Shown: piece after piece, positions 28,617 through 32,000 of the stretch | Layout of the letters: the number at the start of each line of letters is the position of its first letter | Numbering within the stretch: the first letter of the stretch is position 1 | DNA from: Candidatus Saccharimonadota bacterium | Lineage (GTDB): Bacteria; Patescibacteriota; Gracilibacteria; Absconditabacterales; Absconditicoccaceae | DNA length: 32,000 bases | Direction: 5' to 3' | Assembly: GCA_000503875.1 (NCBI GenBank) | Contig: CP006913.1 | Coordinates: forward strand, 630,001 to 662,000 | The notes under the pieces: model-generated | The model's database searches: none | The model's input: only the letters and a program-made list of their open reading frames with translations | What the model was told of the DNA's origin: nothing | Made by a program: the position numbers and the translations under genes

Positions 28617-29132
28617 ATGAGAAAAATCACAATAATTATGGTTTGTATAAGTATGTTATGATTGTTATGATGTAGTAAAACACCAAGAATAGAAAACGGA
28701 GATCTTGTAACAATTTCTTATTCTGGTACATTAAAAGATGGTGAAATTTTTGAAAGTGGAACAAAAACAATCACTATAGGTTCTTGAGATATTATAAAAG
28801 GTATTGAACAAGCATTAATAAACAAAAAATCTGACCAAAGATTTAATATAAAAATCACCCCAGAAGAAGGATATGGAGATGAATATTCTATATATAACCA
28901 ACAACGTGTTTCATCATTTATTTTTGAAAAATTATGACTTTCTACAGAAACAGGAACAACTGTTACATTAGATAAAATCACGTGAGAAATAAGTAAACAC
29001 GAAAAAGACAAAGATGGTAATACTATTATTATATTGGATGTTAACGCACCGCAAACCAGACAAGAAACAAAATATAATATACATATAGAAAAAATAGAAA
29101 AAGCACAAGCATGAGATTGATATACGCTTTAA
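28617..29132 (+). CDS. SlyD-like FKBP-type peptidyl-prolyl cis-trans isomerase, predicted lipoprotein (171 aa)
   Basis: The frame runs from ATG 28617 to TAA 29130-29132 with 7 in-frame TGAs. The signal plus lipobox reads MRKITIIMVCISML[G]LL[G]CS. The FKBP core reads GDLVTISYSGTLKDGEIFESG...ITIGS[G]DIIKGIEQAL...ITPEEGYGDEY. The tail LDVNAPQTRQETKYNIHIEKIEKA corresponds to the SlyD VDFNHPLAGKTLHFEVEVVEV. The antisense track ORF 28718..29011 is spurious. Confidence 0.8.
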
Positions 29133-29156
29133 TTGCTAATGCTTTGATAAAAAACT

Positions 29157-31334
29157 ATGCAACTGTTCAAAAGATTATTACTTTCACTTTTCCCAGAACA
29201 AACAGCAAACCAAGGAATAAACCCAGCTAGTATGTTTATTTCTTTTATTTCAACAAAAGAATTTTTTTCAGTAATAAATAGAAAAATTGTAGAAAATTAT
29301 AAATTAAATCTATTTGATGTTACTATTGATCCTTTTGAATTCAAAACAGGATTTGGTGAAAACACTCAAATAAAACAAAAAGATATTGATCTTTATTATG
29401 GATATTGTGCCAGTGCCAACATCAATGGTTATAGATTTTTTAATCCCGCAAATGTAGGAAATAACATAACGCTTGTGACAAGTCTATATACAAGAGACTG
29501 TTTCGAAAACGAAGAACAAGATTTTTTCTTAAATTTTTTATATACGACCTATCTCCTCTTCTTCGTATTTAGTGCAAAAATCAAAAATTTTCCTTATACA
29601 AGCAAAGAAGATAATTACAATCGATTTATAGAAGTTTTTTTTAGCTTTTATGAATTTATTTTTCAACAAACAGGCAAAAAGCCAGACAAAGCGACATTTG
29701 CAAGAATAAAAAAGAATTTATTGAGTAAAGTAGAAATATTTTTTTTCTTGTTTTATTCTTATCAAAAGTATAACAAACTTTTTACCAGCGAACAATTTCC
29801 TGACGAAGAATTCTATAAACGATTGTTTTCTGATGAATTAAAAAACGACCAACAGATTATGATAGAAGATTTTGCTCAAAACGTACAAAAATATACATCA
29901 AAAACAACATTTTCTGCAATTGATAACAAACTTTTGCAATATATTCTTCCTGCTGATATTTTAATAAGATATTTGTTTTTGGATACCAATATGACACTTA
30001 TTATAGAAAGTGTGGTTGCCAAATTATTCAATAAAGAAACATTGGATAATTTTATGAAAAGTTTTCTCAAAGATGACAGCCAATGGGATGAATGTATTCT
30101 TTATATTACTGATTATAAACATTACAAAAAAAACTTCTTTGCTTGAGTACAAAAATATTTAATTACTGCTCTCAAAAAAGAAGGAATAGACCCTTTTGAC
30201 GAAGATATTGAAGAATCTGGTTCACGAATTGGTGATGATGAAGAAAGCATAGAAAATCTCAAAATACCAGAAAGAATCAAAAAAGAATCAAAAATTATGG
30301 AAAAAATTCTTAATTTTTTTATAACCCTTCTTTGATGATTTTGGATAGCAAGGGGCGAAAGCTTATTCTTAAGATTATATAAACCAAATCTTCTCAAAGA
30401 ATTAATTACAACTAATTACGAAAATTTAAAAGAAACCGCTTTGCATACCTATTGATGACTTCTTTATAGCTACGGAAAAAATATATTTTATTACAAATAT
30501 ATCTCAGAAAACGTAAGACTTGGAAGACAAAAATTCTATCTTCCTACCAAAAGCACCTCCAAAAACACCTATTCCAATTTTCACATTTTACGTTTAATGG
30601 ATGAAAGCGCACTAGCCATTATATTACAAGATATAAACCCCAAAGACATCAAAATATACAACAAAAATAAGCTTTTAATCGAACTTTTTAAAAATCATTT
30701 TGGAAAAGAAATATCCAATTTAGTCCAATTAGAAACGACTGATTTTATCAAAACAATATACCAAGATATAGAGCATATTTTCACAAACAAAAACCTGACT
30801 ACTATTCTCGAACGTAATTTCAATCAAACTGATCTTTATCATATCAAAGAAAGTTTATATAATATTGATTTTCGAATAAGTAAGGCATATTATCAAGAGA
30901 ACAAAAAACAACATGAAAATCAATCACTTTTTGATGGAAATACTTTGTTAGAAATATATGCACAACACAAAGAAACATTATTATGATTTCTTCTCTATCT
31001 AACAAGAATGATACAAAAGCATCCAAATGATAAAGAATTTTTTATTACCCTATACAATAGAAATATTATCCATATTGCTGATCAAGGAATACCAATACGA
31101 AATACTATAATAAGCAATCTTTTCGAAAAATATAAAGACATATTACAAGAAATAATAACCATAGATGATAATTTAGATTTTCTGAGAATAGGTGAAGAAA
31201 ATTTAGAACGATTTACCAAAAAAGTACCAATTCCAGATATTCAAAAACAAATTACTGGAGAAGATTATCTTTGGTTTAAAGGATACCTCAAAAATATCAC
31301 CTACTACAATAAACGCTTTTTTATTCCTAAATAA
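29157..31334 (+). CDS. Hypothetical protein, 725 aa, no domain recognised
   Basis: A single frame joins track ORFs 29157..30146, 30597..30986 and 31008..31334 across 6 in-frame TGAs. I checked it codon by codon and found no TAA/TAG. It is rich in F, Y, K, N and L and contains an acidic stretch [26 protein letters not shown]. The stop is TAA. Confidence 0.7.
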
Positions 31335-31339
31335 TATAT

Positions 31340-31774
31340 ATGAAGTGCCCAAAATGTAACAACATGGATACTAAGGTTATTGACTCAAGAAGTATAGAAG
31401 CTGGTCAAACTATCAAACGTAGAAGAGAATGTGAATTTTGCAATAACAGGTTTACTACTTTTGAGAGAAGATGAACTACAGAACTTATTGTTATCAAAAA
31501 AGATTGAACCAAAGAAATGTATGATAGACAAAAGTTAAAAAAAGCGCTTCTTCTTTCTTTTGCCAAAAGAGATATCAATCAAGAAGAATTAGAATGACTT
31601 TTAAACAGCCTAGAAACTCAACGATCTAGTGATTGAAATGAAGTAACATCAGTACAAATTTGAGATGATATACTCAAATCACTAAAAAAAATAGATGCAG
31701 TTGCCTACATAAGATTTGCTTCTGTTTATAGATCATTTAATAACTTAGAAGATTTTAAGAAATTTATAGACTAA
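31340..31774 (+). CDS. nrdR: Transcriptional repressor NrdR (144 aa)
   Basis: [44 protein letters not shown] is the NrdR zinc ribbon. VIKKD[TGA][10 protein letters not shown] matches the conserved KKDG of the ATP-cone. [14 protein letters not shown] is also present. There are 5 in-frame TGAs and a TAA stop. Confidence 0.9.
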
Positions 31775-32000
31775 TTCTGAAGTGCCCATTCCAACACCTC
31801 ATCTTCTGGGGTGTCTTTTTTATTAGTGATAATTTTATCGGGAGAAATTCCTATTTCATCAATATTTTTTTTGGATTTTCACATATATCGTTTTGCTACT
31901 GTATATTTAAGCATACTTCCATCATCATATTTCATAAGTTCTTGAACAGATCATTTTCCAAAAGATTTTCCACCTACCAGCAAAGCACCTGTTAAATAAT
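31771..32000 (-). CDS. S41-family C-terminal processing peptidase, C-terminal ~76 codons; the 5' end lies beyond the right window edge
   Basis: The reverse-strand translation is ...[15 protein letters not shown][TGA][23 protein letters not shown][G][17 protein letters not shown]...LEWALQN*. This contains the S41 signature TFGKGSVQ and G-I-x-PD. The TAG stop (31773->31771) overlaps the nrdR TAA. Confidence 0.75.

Noticed and set aside
1-32000. Reading the fragmented ORF track literally, which would make this a region full of pseudogenes or decayed genes with TGA stops.
   Set aside because: All fragments of each gene are in one frame and are separated only by TGA, never by TAA/TAG or frameshifts. 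The joined products are full length with intact catalytic motifs, and true gene ends use only TAA or TAG.
1-32000. Genetic code 4 (TGA = Trp, Mycoplasma/Spiroplasma-like), which an AT-rich genome might suggest.
   Set aside because: TGA aligns with invariant Gly positions, not Trp positions. Examples are PflB MSFGR and PFGG, ClpC IGF, S41 GKGS, NrdR KKDG, lipobox LLGC, and the SBBP and LamG glycines. Trp positions in the same motifs (W-H-F-V, the FN3 W) are encoded by TGG.
1-32000. Mobile elements, a genomic island, a prophage, or tRNA/rRNA genes flanking the giant gene.
   Set aside because: I found no transposase, integrase or recombinase-like ORFs under code 25, no inverted terminal repeats, and no GC-rich cloverleaf-capable segments in any intergenic region. 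The flanking genes are ordinary housekeeping genes with the same base composition.

Overview
This AT-rich window (about 70% A+T by eye) only reads coherently under genetic code 25, where TGA encodes Gly. That code is used by Absconditabacteria/SR1 and Gracilibacteria (CPR/Patescibacteria).

Evidence for the recoding:
- In-frame TGAs fall on conserved glycines in PflB, Alr, ClpC, NrdR, an S41 peptidase, a TIM-barrel enzyme, a lipobox, and dozens of SBBP repeat glycines.
- All 13 CDS ends visible here are TAA or TAG.
- The supplied standard-code ORF track is therefore badly fragmented.

Genes after re-reading, in map order:
- pflB (partial, -)
- a 74-aa ORF (+)
- alr (-)
- a 71-aa ORF (+)
- clpC (+)
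- one uninterrupted 17,781-nt CDS (5799..23579, +)
- a xylose-isomerase-like TIM-barrel gene (+)
- a probable mutL-tig-small ORF operon (-)
- an FtsB/DivIC-like gene (+)
- a SlyD-like FKBP lipoprotein gene (+)
- a 725-aa orphan (+)
- nrdR (+)
- an S41 peptidase (partial, -)

The main finding is the 17,781-nt CDS. It encodes a 5,926-aa, N-terminally membrane-anchored, highly modular surface protein with about 290 TGA-Gly codons. Its modules are Ig-like/OmpL47-like units, two chitobiase-C-like domains, a seven-blade SBBP beta-propeller, three FN3+beta-helix supermodules, a LamG domain and a WxL-like C-terminus.

Other points worth a second look:
- a perfect Fnr-type palindrome with phased A-tracts upstream of pflB
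- a strong skew in TGA-Gly usage between housekeeping genes and the giant gene
- recent internal duplications inside the giant gene

I found no tRNA or rRNA genes, CRISPR array, transposase or integrase. All domain names come from motif recognition by eye; no database search was possible.
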